Part shown: positions 29,801 through 41,564 of the stretch, one piece after another
How the letters are laid out: each line of letters starts with the position of its first letter
Position numbering within the stretch: position 1 is the first letter of the stretch
Assembly (NCBI GenBank): GCA_038227875.1
Contig: JBBRPR010000053.1
Coordinates: 1 to 60,574 of the forward strand
Length of the DNA stretch: 60,574 bases
From: Planctomycetota bacterium
GTDB taxonomy: Bacteria; Planctomycetota; SZUA-567; H5-PLA8
Direction of reading: 5' to 3'
Made by a program: the position numbers and the translations under genes
Notes under the pieces: model-generated
What the model saw: only the letters and a program-made list of their open reading frames with translations
The model's database searches: none
Told to the model about the DNA's origin: nothing

Positions 29801-32469
29801 GGGGACTTGGGGGGCGTCGTAATCGTATTTCTTGGCGCCTTGGGTGCGGGTTGCCCGGCCGCGGGCAGACTCATCTGCGCGATGTTTGTAGGAGTGGTAA
29901 CGGTCGGAATCGGAAGCGTGTCGTCGACCTTAAATTCTTCGAAGTAACCGTTGTAGTCCACGCTGCCAAAACGATAGGGCATTTGATTGGGCTTGAATGC
30001 AGGTCCGGGTCCCACGCCCAAATTGATCGGCGTGGTAACAAGCAAGCTGCCGGCGGTCAACACAGCGGGAGGCAAGCCGTCGGTCACCAATCCCGATGAC
30101 GTAATCGGCATATACGGCGCGTCAGGATAGAAGTTCGGAAAATGCGCACTTAGTTTCATTGGATCGCCCGTCGGCGTATAGCGCGCGAAGGTTTCCATCT
30201 TGTCGTACGCGCCGTCGAAGTAGCGCGACTTCCAATGCAGATGCGGCGCAACCACGGTGCGATTGAGCATCGACGGGAATTTTTCGGGCGTCAGCAGTCC
30301 GTAAACCACTTCGTACGGCGCGACATTGATGTTGACCGCGTCGTACATGCGGTTATCGGGATTGCCGGAACCCGGAGGGCCCCAGTTTTCCTGAAGGCCA
30401 AAGGCGCGGATCATGTTGCGCTGGTTGCCATAGGCAAAGTGGGGACTGCCCATGCCCATGTCGTCAGCCCATTTATTTAACGGATGCGTGAACGTGGCAG
30501 CAGGTTTAGCCGGGGGCATATTGCGCGGGCTGGTCAGCAGTCCACACGAGACTTCGTAGGGATCAAGCGTACCGTTGCCGTTGTAGAAGCCGGGCATCCA
30601 GACGTGACAGGTCGGCGGCATCCACTGCGTGCCGATACCCATGCTGTCGTAACTGCTGCCCAGGAACGCCCACTGGTCCGTTTGAACTTCATCCGGCCAG
30701 CGGCCGAGCTTGTTGGTGTAGCCCGGAGAACCGCCGAAATACCAGTTCGCCTGTAGATCGGTCCAGAACTTTCCGCCCTGCACCGCGGCAATGGGGTGAT
30801 GCTGAAACGAATGCGGCACTGGATGCCCGTACATGCCCGCACCGTTGTAGACCACGCGGGGTTTGGGCAAGGCGTCGTCAAAGGTGGTAAGCTTCGGGTC
30901 GTTGGAGGTGGTAACACCCACGCCTCCACGCGACTGATTGATGAGGTCGAAGCCCATGCCCTGAAAGAGACAGTCGGCATTCATGCCATAGGTCGGTCCG
31001 TTGGGACCAATCACAATGTCGCTGCCGTTCCACGCCGGAGTGCGCCAACCGCGGCCAGTCGGCCACCAGGCGGTATCGGTAAACGTGCCCGATCCCGAGC
31101 GCGTCAGCCAGGTCGAACTGCCACCGTCGTAACGCATGCTCGGGCCGGCCATCGCTACATAACAGGGATAGCGGGGTGCTTCGAAATTGTACCGATAGTA
31201 GGTAATCAAGTTGGCGTTGTAGAAAATCAGGGGCTCAACGGAATTGATTTTCGTCAGTCGTCCGTAGCAGGAAGACGAGGGCGCGATCGGCGCTTTTGGA
31301 TTGGCCAGCGGCCAGCCGGCAGGCGTCGCGTACGTGCGGCCATTGGGTTCGGCAATGCCGCGAAAATTGTACACACCATTGTCAGTAAAGATCGAACCGC
31401 ACGGTTCATTCGCCACGTGCCGATACTTATCGTAAAGTGAATCCGAAACATACGTCGGTCCGGGGTCGGTAGCTGCCGCAAAACGTTTGCCGGTGCCATC
31501 GTAGGAGCAATACTCGGCATGCTGCGTGGCGTACTCGGGACGCCGTCCGAGAATGTAATCAAGTGTGCGGCGGTCGGGTGACGCAAGCGGATCGGTACTC
31601 ACTGTGCCGTTGAAATAATTCCAGTCGTGGAAACCCCAGCGCTCGCGGTTGGTGCCTGGGTCGAAGACGTCGTTGACATTGATCGCGCCATCGCGCGGTG
31701 AAATGCTGATCTGGACCACGCCGTAGCTTAGGCCGGTCTGAACCTTGAAGCGCTTGGTGCGCGCCAACGGTTGCAAGGCCCACGTGTCGAGCATGATTCG
31801 CTCGTCGGCCGGGCGACGCTGATTGTAATAGGTCTTCGACGGTTTGTACCCGCCGGCCGCGGCACTCGGATCGAATTTGAACGAATAGGCATAGCCGAGA
31901 TTGTTGTTAAACGGCTCTTCGTTCCAAATCATCGTCTGCCAGCTATCGAGATAGTTCTTGACGATGCGGCGGTTGAAGGCAGTGCCCATTAACTGGCCGG
32001 CTGGAAGCGGCGTAGGCTGCACGCCGCTGGGCGTCGGCATGGCGGCGTCCTGGTCGGCGTTGACCGGCAGATCGTAATTGGTGTTGTAACCCCAGCGCGA
32101 AGTGTGCCCGACTCCGTCCTGTGCCATATTCCAGGCCACAGAGGATGTCGACCAGACGTTGCGATCATCGGCCAGGATGCGCAGGCCCATCTGAAATCCG
32201 GTTTCCGCCAGTCCGTCAGCGGCGAGCAAATCGCGACCGTTGCTGGCGCCAAGCAAATCAGCGCGGCTTTGTTCGGTGTACGACAAACCCAGAACTGTCA
32301 GCACCGACAGTGCGCCGACCACCAGCACAAGAATAAAGCCACGCGAGGGAGTCGTCGCGCGCCGCAGCATCCGGCGCAATCTTCCTCCGATCGTCACAGG
32401 CGTGACAGGTCCAGCAGCAGGTGCTGCCGCCCCTTTCTCCGCTCCCGCTTCGCGTCTGGATTCTCTCAT
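26836..32469 (-). CDS. Giant GspK/PilX-like minor pseudopilin (1877 aa)
   Basis: RG|FILVLVVGALSVL N-terminus lacking E5; GspK-like motifs AINVN, VNINVAPYEV, HPFKNWADF, FRSNTFRVTV separated by very large inserts. Confidence 0.75.
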   Translation of the reverse strand: MRESRREAGAEKGAAAPAAGPVTPVTIGGRLRRMLRRATTPSRGFILVLVVGALSVLTVLGLSYTEQSRADLLGASNGRDLLAADGLAETGFQMGLRILADDRNVWSTSSVAWNMAQDGVGHTSRWGYNTNYDLPVNADQDAAMPTPSGVQPTPLPAGQLMGTAFNRRIVKNYLDSWQTMIWNEEPFNNNLGYAYSFKFDPSAAAGGYKPSKTYYNQRRPADERIMLDTWALQPLARTKRFKVQTGLSYGVVQISISPRDGAINVNDVFDPGTNRERWGFHDWNYFNGTVSTDPLASPDRRTLDYILGRRPEYATQHAEYCSYDGTGKRFAAATDPGPTYVSDSLYDKYRHVANEPCGSIFTDNGVYNFRGIAEPNGRTYATPAGWPLANPKAPIAPSSSCYGRLTKINSVEPLIFYNANLITYYRYNFEAPRYPCYVAMAGPSMRYDGGSSTWLTRSGSGTFTDTAWWPTGRGWRTPAWNGSDIVIGPNGPTYGMNADCLFQGMGFDLINQSRGGVGVTTSNDPKLTTFDDALPKPRVVYNGAGMYGHPVPHSFQHHPIAAVQGGKFWTDLQANWYFGGSPGYTNKLGRWPDEVQTDQWAFLGSSYDSMGIGTQWMPPTCHVWMPGFYNGNGTLDPYEVSCGLLTSPRNMPPAKPAATFTHPLNKWADDMGMGSPHFAYGNQRNMIRAFGLQENWGPPGSGNPDNRMYDAVNINVAPYEVVYGLLTPEKFPSMLNRTVVAPHLHWKSRYFDGAYDKMETFARYTPTGDPMKLSAHFPNFYPDAPYMPITSSGLVTDGLPPAVLTAGSLLVTTPINLGVGPGPAFKPNQMPYRFGSVDYNGYFEEFKVDDTLPIPTVTTPTNIAQMSLPAAGQPAPKAPRNTITTPPKSPYYCVMGPAPFNFSIHKHYEPLDMADWVYKKQATWYPQQVNPPAAYPMNYYQPNAGYRNNVGMVLNRMDFRTPEPAQYFKIRQSAARPGKLNPDPADKDDFDLFPYKSGTGEPAEDVFVDCHYDLSLSPNIMNASDPNVNSVMMCRKVHVSDWTDWFAQRKCTIDLLYGDSTHPYAPTYPSGQYSNTVTAIDKTSGIDYSYPDGRNFSFLDENDGSLCRKNPVAKPHPLYGVPNPDYMLQYPGTFPSYYWSDQFRRYFPVEGGPPDFSPADPAATPPKPDGIGLLAQGKDKDVQDFSLYAAKDTYSMPPAPYLKLVDDVANLRMPFVQPNVSVPKGDFPILKAPFVPGISKDDAWRITRIGRKYQEIIADEIMDYQVNPWWPNASVHFTEMAVPMDLNVYPADFRPKGWLETAVAGFSGAFAGLNVLNDAPKSQGSISWGAYHTYQDQDGIEEQVPDYYAYFNRFWIRTAHTYARNTPTAFGYGPGQRNNDYRCGIPYGAANLVEARGKYPQTYQYWGGFYNSKNALDLVWQDNIRDFPENTLEDQLGGEFRYITAAAKPMFELPPASPGLPNYSAAYPPILVPSAQMSAAPGRNHPFKNWADFVAMLGHLVYRSPMTVIHPAQAWDARDVPVEDGVVTTNRQQRIKWGIRDRILGVDAWEVCHGNYADPRNKGQFFDGSQIAAGKGQPALADALQGYYGYNFGTDTLVVGMGGRNASEAIVAIDGFWPISGNLGVFHDPLGKVVGGSPPEALLYPARPAGHFADNTGNPDPDFEWKRRIDEWRGCDASGLRIEQQYISERAANDILVSLSNGQIGPIDFDGDGHITMTRAAEIPNANGASQVPTETAKGFWPLYPYNKSSGLSIVEYHKPDYVAGPFGWGVFDHPSDKAHWRQADKSEHITNCVTLPIKFRSNTFRVTVAVELTDSKFRNTAAVHKYSRVYSRVVGPPAGNSKVHGPYTGEFILHGNRAIDGVDPEGSWLGTDFGSE

Positions 32470-32543
32470 GGATGCGTCCTTTGTTTCTCGCCCGGTTCCG
32501 CCAACTTCAGAGTTCCACTTTCAACTGTCCCAACTCAACTCAC

Positions 32544-33788
32544 TTACTGCGGGTTCGTCTGGCAGTACACGCGCAGCGCAAAATCGTAGCGGCTGGTGCC
32601 GAACGGGTTGCGCAGGCTGTATTCCACGTCGAAGCAGCGCGGCACCACGTTACCGTTGGCGGAGGTGTTGGAACCGTCCACCGTCGAACCGTTCTGCTGA
32701 GTACTGTTGAGCTGTGCATCGGTCATCTCTTCCAACTGATTCGATCCGGGATTGATATAGTACGGCGTGATCTTGATCGCGCGAATCATGCTGCCAGTGG
32801 TTTCGTCGGAACGCAGCAAGCCGGCATTGGCCAGATCGAACCCGCCGATCGAATGGCGCAGCATCGACAACTGGGTCGTTTCCGGCTGATAAGGCGTCGT
32901 CACGCCAGCCTTGCTCACGGAGCCGGCCACGGCCTGCTTCTGAGCGAACTTGAAACTGACCAGTACGATATTGGGATTGTCGAGCGCCAGCGTGTACGGG
33001 CTGTTGTAGACGCGATTCTCCGCGTAAAACCAGCAAGCGATCGTGGGCTGATTGGCAGCGCTGTTGATCAAGGATTTGGCATTGAGCTTATTGGGGCGAT
33101 CGATGTCCACGTCCATGCGGTAATCTGCACGCGGCCAACCCCAGGACCCGGCGCGAATGTCGTTGGCCTCCATCACGGTCGTGGTTCCACCGGACATGGA
33201 CTTACCTGTGTTGGCAAAGTCACGGCGGCCAAAAAAGGCGGGCATCCAGTACGTACGCAGGCCGTAGTTACCGTTGGAAGCACCTGCCGCGAAATTGTAA
33301 TACGCGTAGCCCCACTGCGACATGTTGTCGTACGACGGCCACCCCTTGTAGAGCCCGCTGCGATTCGAGCCATCCGGTTGTTGCATCGTCGAGCGGAATT
33401 GGGCGCCCGAAAAAAGCACGTCGTAATTCTGATCGTTGGTCATCCACGTGGACTTGGGCAGTTCGCCCCAAGTCGTGGTTTCCAGATACCAGGGATCAAG
33501 CGTCGCGTTGGTGGCGTTGGGGTTGCCAGGAAATTTCACGGTCTGGGGCACAATTGAATTGCCGGGAACTGGCACGCAATAACCCAGCGTGTTGCGCATG
33601 TCGCGATTGATCAGCTTCGCCGTTTCGAAGACCAGCGCCAGGCCTTGAGATTCCTGATAGACGCGCAATGAACTGGTATAAATGAACGCGATGACGGTCA
33701 TCAACAAAAGGCTGATCGCAGAGACCACGAGAATTTCAATCAGCGTGTATCCCCGGCGTTGTAGGACGGGATTACCATAACTCTGCAC
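32544..33788 (-). CDS. GspJ/PilW-like minor pseudopilin
   Basis: RG|YTLIEILVVSAI; INRDMRN; GTG 33788 with AAGGAG RBS. Confidence 0.8.
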   Translation of the reverse strand: MQSYGNPVLQRRGYTLIEILVVSAISLLLMTVIAFIYTSSLRVYQESQGLALVFETAKLINRDMRNTLGYCVPVPGNSIVPQTVKFPGNPNATNATLDPWYLETTTWGELPKSTWMTNDQNYDVLFSGAQFRSTMQQPDGSNRSGLYKGWPSYDNMSQWGYAYYNFAAGASNGNYGLRTYWMPAFFGRRDFANTGKSMSGGTTTVMEANDIRAGSWGWPRADYRMDVDIDRPNKLNAKSLINSAANQPTIACWFYAENRVYNSPYTLALDNPNIVLVSFKFAQKQAVAGSVSKAGVTTPYQPETTQLSMLRHSIGGFDLANAGLLRSDETTGSMIRAIKITPYYINPGSNQLEEMTDAQLNSTQQNGSTVDGSNTSANGNVVPRCFDVEYSLRNPFGTSRYDFALRVYCQTNPQ

Positions 33789-33862
33789 GGGAGACGCTCC
33801 TTGATCTGTCAGCGCGAAATCCAAACACAAACGCAGCACCGCCGCAGCGATTCAGATTGTTT

Positions 33863-34528
33863 CTAGTACTTCAAACCCACGCCAGAAAATGTGTAGTTGA
33901 ATACGTACGGCCGGCCGTTGTGGCGGATCGTCAATTCAATGTCGGTGAGACCCTTGGGCGGCGCACCGATCGCAGGAGGAAAGATGGGCCCGCCGTCTTT
34001 TCGCTGCGTCCAATCCATCAGCTTTCCACCCTTGTTGGTCAAGTCGGTGACGTTCGCAGGAATCCACTGGGGGTTATAGGAATAAATCGCGCCCGCATTG
34101 CCCGAGCCATCGCGGATGGCCGTGATCTCCCACGTGTACCCCTGGTACACGGGTTTCTGGTAGGTCGGCAGATCGGCCTTGTTGCCTCCACCGACATGAA
34201 TGCTGCCGCTGCCGAGATTCTTATCGAGATAGAAATCGCCGCTCGCTCCGACCTTCAGATCGCTGCTCTGCAGTCGATTGGGCGTTCCGGCGCTGGTGTC
34301 ATTTAGCCTGAAGCGCACCCAGTCGGCCCACATCGTCGCCACTTCTTGCGAGATCAACAGTTCCTGCGCCATCACGCGCGCCTTCATTCCGACGCTGAAC
34401 GTCGCGATGATGCCCAGCAATCCCATCAGCACCACGAACATGGCCACGATGGTTTCAAAGAGCGTGAAAGCCCGGGGGCGAGAGCGGAGTCGAAGGCTTC
34501 GGGATCGGACCGTGTGCATCGCGGCCAT
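33863..34528 (-). CDS. GspI/PilV-like minor pseudopilin
   Basis: RA|FTLFETIVAMFVV prepilin-like N-terminus; ATG 34528 with AAGGA RBS. Confidence 0.78.
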   Translation of the reverse strand: MAAMHTVRSRSLRLRSRPRAFTLFETIVAMFVVLMGLLGIIATFSVGMKARVMAQELLISQEVATMWADWVRFRLNDTSAGTPNRLQSSDLKVGASGDFYLDKNLGSGSIHVGGGNKADLPTYQKPVYQGYTWEITAIRDGSGNAGAIYSYNPQWIPANVTDLTNKGGKLMDWTQRKDGGPIFPPAIGAPPKGLTDIELTIRHNGRPYVFNYTFSGVGLKY

Positions 34529-34624
34529 GGGTATGTCCTTGTGTATCGTCCTGCGGTGCGTACCAGCCGTCTTGGTGCCGCGCACGATTACGCGACACCT
34601 CCTCAAGGCTTCAGACGTTAGTGA

Positions 34625-36364
<1,740 letters not shown>

Positions 36365-36625
36365 ATACCCTCCCTAAATTTTTCGCGAGTGGTAACACGA
36401 GGCCGTTCCACTCGGGCACTAGTGGTGCGTTGATTGTACAAACAGACATGAAAATGCGGCTTCATTTTCGCTAAAATTTCCGAGCTCTGGTACCTTTGGC
36501 GCTGCTAATAATACAAAGGCTTCTAATAACTCAGCTTATGAACATGTGCACCTTGAGATGACTAATCTAATCGCTGTAAATTAAACCGTTGTCCGCATTT
36601 AACATTTTTCTCCTACTTCAAAAGT

Positions 36626-38167
36626 ATGGATCAGACCGCTATTATCCCAAGTATCTCACACCCTTCCGGCCCAGAGGAGAACGCAGTGCAGGAGTCTCCC
36701 GTAGAAGCATCCAGCGAAAAATTGCACATTGGTGCAGAAACTCGGTCGGCCGAACCCCACCTCATTACCAGTAAGCCCAATTGGCCGTTGGAAGAGACCC
36801 AGCCACAACTCACTGGCTTGGTCGGATTGGCGGTCCTGACCCTCGCGGCCGTGTTCACGGCGGTAGTTAAGGGCGCGCCCTATTTTGATTCTCTCTTCGC
36901 GAAAATGCCGCTGAGCCAGGTCGCTGCGTGGGATTCTCTCGTTGTTGCCGTCTGGGGTTGGCGCTTTGCCATTCTCTCCAGTTTTGTGATTTTCGCGATG
37001 ATCGCCGTAGAAGTGTTCTATGTAAAATCGTACCGCCGCCATTTCAACTTCAACGCCCCCAAACCGCTGACACAAGAGGCCTGGTCGCGCATCGGCCAGC
37101 GCGGACTGGCGCTGCTCTGCTGCCTGGTGCCCATCACTTTTCTCTACGTGTTTCTCGGTGAGTACAGTTTTTATGAAATCAACTACCGAGCCAAATGGTA
37201 CTACGCGCATTTTCACACCTTCTATCTGATCATGGTGCCGACGCTTCTGACGCTGTGCTGGCCGTACTTCTGGCTGCTGGAACGCTACGGCAAGGAAGAC
37301 GACGGACTCAACGATGAACTGCTGACAGCGGCGCGCTGGATTCACACGCCGCTGGCGCAGATCCGCTCCGGCGATCCGGAACAAAAACGCGTGAACGCCC
37401 ATGTCGCGAACTTTGCGCGCACGCTGGTCGTCAAATTTTTCTTTGTCCCCGTAATGGTTTCGTTCTGTGCCGGTAACTGGGGAGGTTGGGAATTCCGCGC
37501 GCATCAATTCCTGGTCAATCTGGCCACGATGAAGTGGGATGGGAGCGTGGATGTGGCGTTGAATTTTCACAGCTTCGCCTTCGCCGTGTATGGCTACATT
37601 CTGCTCGTCGATGTGAGCTTGGGGCTGCTGGGCTATCTGGCCTCGAGCCGCCTGCTCGACACACAGGTCGTCACCGCCGAACCTACACTCTTTGGCTGGT
37701 TGGTGGCGTTGCTGTGCTACCCGCCAATTCAACGCGGCGTGACCGGGATCTACCTGGAGTACTCCGGCTACGATATCTGGCCGGAAACGATCTTCCGGAA
37801 CCATCCGACTCTGGCGATCCTGGCCACGTGTTGTTCACTGCTGCTGATGGGGATTTACGCCTGGGCGACGGTGGCCTTCGGGCTGCGTTTTTCGAATCTG
37901 ACCAACCGTGGTGTCCTCTGCCACGGCCCCTACTCCGTGGTGCGTCATCCCGCGTACATCTGCAAAAACACCGCGTGGTGGATAGAGGCCATGCCGTCGA
38001 TGTTCAGTCATCCCGGCATGATCCCGATCACGATGATGCGCCTGTTCGCCACCAATACGCTCTACGGTCTGCGCGCGTTCACCGAAGAACGCCACATGAT
38101 CCGCGAACCGCACTACCAGGAATACTGCAAGAAGGTCCCCTGGCGTTTCATCCCCGGCGTCTGGTAG
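36626..38167 (+). CDS. Polytopic membrane protein with C-terminal ICMT/PEMT-like methyltransferase domain
   Basis: Many TM helices; FGLRFSNLTNRG..GPYSVVRHPAY..RAFTEERHM..YQEYCKKVPWRFIPG. Confidence 0.82.
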   Translation: MDQTAIIPSISHPSGPEENAVQESPVEASSEKLHIGAETRSAEPHLITSKPNWPLEETQPQLTGLVGLAVLTLAAVFTAVVKGAPYFDSLFAKMPLSQVAAWDSLVVAVWGWRFAILSSFVIFAMIAVEVFYVKSYRRHFNFNAPKPLTQEAWSRIGQRGLALLCCLVPITFLYVFLGEYSFYEINYRAKWYYAHFHTFYLIMVPTLLTLCWPYFWLLERYGKEDDGLNDELLTAARWIHTPLAQIRSGDPEQKRVNAHVANFARTLVVKFFFVPVMVSFCAGNWGGWEFRAHQFLVNLATMKWDGSVDVALNFHSFAFAVYGYILLVDVSLGLLGYLASSRLLDTQVVTAEPTLFGWLVALLCYPPIQRGVTGIYLEYSGYDIWPETIFRNHPTLAILATCCSLLLMGIYAWATVAFGLRFSNLTNRGVLCHGPYSVVRHPAYICKNTAWWIEAMPSMFSHPGMIPITMMRLFATNTLYGLRAFTEERHMIREPHYQEYCKKVPWRFIPGVW

Positions 38168-38205
38168 CGCCGCTTAGTGGCGAGTCCGATTTGCCCCGAT
38201 CGAAT

Positions 38206-38238
38206 AAAAAACTCGCCGCTAAACGCGGCGAGTTTTTT
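38206..38238. terminator. Bidirectional intrinsic terminator
   Basis: AAAAAACTCGCCGC-TAAAC-GCGGCGAGTTTTTT between convergent genes. Confidence 0.88.
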
Positions 38239-38278
38239 GATGGCTTAGGCAAGTCTGCCTACTCCGCGCAAGGCGCGG

Positions 38279-38863
38279 CTACTTCTTCTGCAAGTACATC
38301 GTGACGCCGGCCTTCGTCGGCTTCATTGCTTCCTTGCCCTTCGACCAGTTGGCGGGACAGACTTCGCCGTGCTGTTCGAAATGCTGGAGCGCGTCGAGCA
38401 GGCGCAGCGCTTCGTCGACGTTGCGGCCCAGCGGCAGGTCGTTGACCACCTGGTGGCGGACGATGCCCTGCTTGTCGATCAGGAATAGCGCGCGGTAAGC
38501 GACGCCGGCGTCGGCCAGGATGCCGTAGGCCGAGGCGATCTTGCCCTGCAGGTCGGAGAGCAGCGCGTACTTCACGCCTTCAATGCCGCCCTGGTTCTTG
38601 GGCGTGTTGAGCCACGCCGAATGCGTGAACTTGCTGTCGATGCTGCAGCCGATCACCTGCGTGTCGCGCTTGTTGAAATCCGCGAGCTTCTCCTGGAACG
38701 CATGCAATTCCGTCGGGCAGACAAAGGTGAAATCCAGCGGGTAGAAGAACAGAACCACGTAATTCTTGTTCTTGTAATCGGACAGACTAACCTGCGCAAA
38801 ATCGCCGTTCACAACTGCATCGGTCTTGAAATCCGGCGCCGGCTTGCCAACTAGAACACTCAT
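38279..38863 (-). CDS. ahpC: Typical 2-Cys peroxiredoxin (AhpC/TSA)
   Basis: FFYPLDFTFVCPTE and GEVCPANW. Confidence 0.95.
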   Translation of the reverse strand: MSVLVGKPAPDFKTDAVVNGDFAQVSLSDYKNKNYVVLFFYPLDFTFVCPTELHAFQEKLADFNKRDTQVIGCSIDSKFTHSAWLNTPKNQGGIEGVKYALLSDLQGKIASAYGILADAGVAYRALFLIDKQGIVRHQVVNDLPLGRNVDEALRLLDALQHFEQHGEVCPANWSKGKEAMKPTKAGVTMYLQKK

Positions 38864-38951
38864 TGGAACCCCCTTAAAGGTAAACGGAACGGAAAACGTT
38901 ACCGAAAAAATACAGGCGGGCTATTGGGAGTCAAGCCTTTTGAAGCGGGAT

Positions 38952-39911
38952 TTATTTCAGGCCGACCCCGTAACGCTTGCGCAGAGACATTGTTAGCGCC
39001 TTGATGTTGTTCTCATTCTTCTTGTAGAGGGCGAGGTTCTCCGAATCGGCCGGGCGCGTCGCTTCGCCCATGCCCCCGTTGGTCCCTTCGTAGGGGCGCA
39101 GTGGATGCGCGTTCATCAGCTTGAAATTCTCCCCCTGAAGTTTGCACAGTTCTGTGATGTCCGGATCGTCGACGTTGCCCAGTTTCACGTCGGCCTGGAG
39201 CTTCTCCGTCAGCTTGGCGCCGTCCCAGTTCACCGCATCGGGATCGGTGTACGCCCACGCCCCGAACGTCATGTACGCTTCGAACGCGCGCTTATTTGAA
39301 GGATTGCTGGTCAGCCGCGCGTCGTTGGCGGCGATCTTGGCATCCGGTTTCTGAACCGGCGCGACCGGAACTGCCGGTGCGACGGGAGTGACACTCGTGG
39401 CCGGCGTTCCCGGTAGCGGTGCCGCCGGTGTCGCGGGATTAGTACTGGTCGTCGACGTGTTGGTGATCGGCGCAGTCGTGGACGCGGGCGGCTTGTCGCC
39501 GCGCGTGGCCATTTCTTCTTCTGACTTGTTGGCATGGACCAGCAGCAGGTAAACAGAGATCGCGACGACCGCGCCAATCACGATCCACGCCAGCAGCAGC
39601 AGCTTGGAGGTGTCGTGAACATCCAGCGCCGAGCCGGTGTTCTGAGTCGGAGCTTTCTTGCGCGGGCGCTTGAATTTCTCGCCGGAATAATGCGTCTCCG
39701 GCGTTTCCTGCAAGGCCAACCCATCGTCTTCCGGCGTGTCCACCTGGGGGGCCGGAGCTTCCGGACCGCCGCGCGAATTCACCGGCGCGGGCGCAAATTC
39801 GTCTTCCGGCTCTGGCGCGGATTCCGAAGCTGCATCAGACGCGGGCGACGCGGCCGGCTGCGCGGATTTCGCCAGCGGCTTGCGGAGCACGGGTTTCTTC
39901 TTGATGGCCAA
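38952..39911 (-). CDS. Hypothetical single-pass membrane protein
   Basis: Disordered N-terminus, one TM (LLLLAWIVIGAVVAISVYLLLV), Thr/Pro linker, globular C-terminus. Confidence 0.72.
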   Translation of the reverse strand: MAIKKKPVLRKPLAKSAQPAASPASDAASESAPEPEDEFAPAPVNSRGGPEAPAPQVDTPEDDGLALQETPETHYSGEKFKRPRKKAPTQNTGSALDVHDTSKLLLLAWIVIGAVVAISVYLLLVHANKSEEEMATRGDKPPASTTAPITNTSTTSTNPATPAAPLPGTPATSVTPVAPAVPVAPVQKPDAKIAANDARLTSNPSNKRAFEAYMTFGAWAYTDPDAVNWDGAKLTEKLQADVKLGNVDDPDITELCKLQGENFKLMNAHPLRPYEGTNGGMGEATRPADSENLALYKKNENNIKALTMSLRKRYGVGLK

Positions 39912-39954
39912 GTGCGCAGAACCTCTCTCGTTGATCTGTGCCAGACTTTCGCCG

Positions 39955-41142
39955 CTATTCTTCCTTTACGCCGTCAACCTTCTTCGGCTTCTCTTCCTTC
40001 GGCGCGTCCGGCTTCTTGGTGTTATCGGCTTTGGCCACTTCCGGCGGTTTGACCGCCTTGACCGGCGCCGCCGGCGCGCCCAGCAGCGGCTTGGCCGCCT
40101 TGATCAATTCCGCCGCGCAATACCCCGGCGTGCGCTGCTGCCACGCCAGCACCGGACGGGAGCCGTCCTTGGGAAGCACAAACAACGCGGCACCTTCCTG
40201 CTTCGCCGCGTCGGTGTAGATGGCCGGCCAACTGTCCGCCGGTTCGTTCCACGGAATCACGATGAAGTTGAAGCCGTTCTTCAATTCACTCAGGACTTGA
40301 GGATCTTCGAGGATCAGCGTCTCCAGGAATCCTGGCACGTCCTTGAGGTCCTTGTCGAACTTCGCCTGAAGCTTGGTCTCTTCCGGCGTCAGCGTCTTGG
40401 GATTCACCGGCGCGAAATAGGCCAGCAGGATGATCGGCTTGCCGTCCGCGACCGTGTCCTTGAGGCTCTTGTGCGACCACGGAAGCAGCGAAGACGTCCC
40501 CGGCCGCACGCCCGGGAAAATCGCGGGCAGTTCGGCCAGACCGGAACCCGGTGTGATCGGCTTCAGTTGCGGCAACGCCTTCTGTCCCACTTCTGGAGGC
40601 TTGGCGCCGGGCGGCGGCTTCTGCGTCTTTTTATCGCCCGGCGGCTTTTCCTTGCCGCCTTTATCCGGCGGACCCGGCGGAGGCGGTGGCTCTTCCTTTT
40701 TCACGTCCGGCGGCTTGTCGCTCGGCGCGCTGCGGTGGTTGCCGGTGATGGCTACGCCTTCCGGCAAATCCGTGGCGATGTAAAGAAAATCGCGGATCAT
40801 GTAAACGTTCGCGTTGAGCTTCTTGGCCAGCAATTCGGCCGACGCGAGCACCGTCAATCCCTCGGATTTATAATCCGTCAGCGTGCGCCCGCTCGCCAGC
40901 CGGGAGTCGATACCAATCTTGATCTTGTCCCACCGGTTGTAGTCGCGGACAATATTGGCGACCGGCCAACTACCGGTACACGTCTCCGACCAGTTGCCTC
41001 CCACCGCATCTTTAAACTTGGCCGGAATATCACCCTCCAGCGCCAACGCCGAAGCCAGCGGAGCGGCCAGCCCGCACGCGCCCGAGAGCAGCAACGCTTT
41101 CCATTTAAAAGGCAACACCGATCGGATTGATTTCATAGTCAC
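39955..41142 (-). CDS. Hypothetical secreted protein (Pro/Lys linker, possible thioredoxin-like C-terminal domain without CxxC)
   Basis: Signal peptide ending ASALA; Pro/Lys-rich middle; KPIILLAYF...LEDPQV...FNFIVI. Confidence 0.68.
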   Translation of the reverse strand: MTMKSIRSVLPFKWKALLLSGACGLAAPLASALALEGDIPAKFKDAVGGNWSETCTGSWPVANIVRDYNRWDKIKIGIDSRLASGRTLTDYKSEGLTVLASAELLAKKLNANVYMIRDFLYIATDLPEGVAITGNHRSAPSDKPPDVKKEEPPPPPGPPDKGGKEKPPGDKKTQKPPPGAKPPEVGQKALPQLKPITPGSGLAELPAIFPGVRPGTSSLLPWSHKSLKDTVADGKPIILLAYFAPVNPKTLTPEETKLQAKFDKDLKDVPGFLETLILEDPQVLSELKNGFNFIVIPWNEPADSWPAIYTDAAKQEGAALFVLPKDGSRPVLAWQQRTPGYCAAELIKAAKPLLGAPAAPVKAVKPPEVAKADNTKKPDAPKEEKPKKVDGVKEE

Positions 41143-41398
41143 CCCTTACCAGTACTCGCATGAGGACGTCACAAAACTTAGACGAGATCGGGCGCGCGAT
41201 GTTGTGAAGTATAATGAGATTTTAAAACGCGTAACCATTTTTCGCCTTCGCCCGCTAAAGCGCGAGGGGCCAGGGGTGAGGGGCCAGGGGTCAGAATTGG
41301 GTGCGCGCACGGAAGCATTGAATCTCAGAGGCTTTGGAAGGTGTAACGAGGGGAATAGCGCGGTCACGTATCACGAAATAAATGGTGGTTTCTATCCA

Positions 41399-41564
41399 TG
41401 TTGCAAATTTGCAACACGGTCTGGACTACGTCGCGATGTAACATTCGGGCGAATGCACGGGGTGCAAGTACCACAACTTTTCATAGGCGAATGTTACAAA
41501 ATGTTACAGAATGTTACCGATTTCGAGGTGTTCGGTGTTTTCCGGTACAACACTAGTGTTGTAC
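41399..41564. promoter_or_regulatory. Cluster of perfect palindromes and phased decamer repeats
   Basis: TGTTGCAAATTTGCAACA (41399-41416); ATGTTAC core x3 at 10-bp period (41491-41520); GTACAACACTAGTGTTGTAC (41545-41564). Confidence 0.5.
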
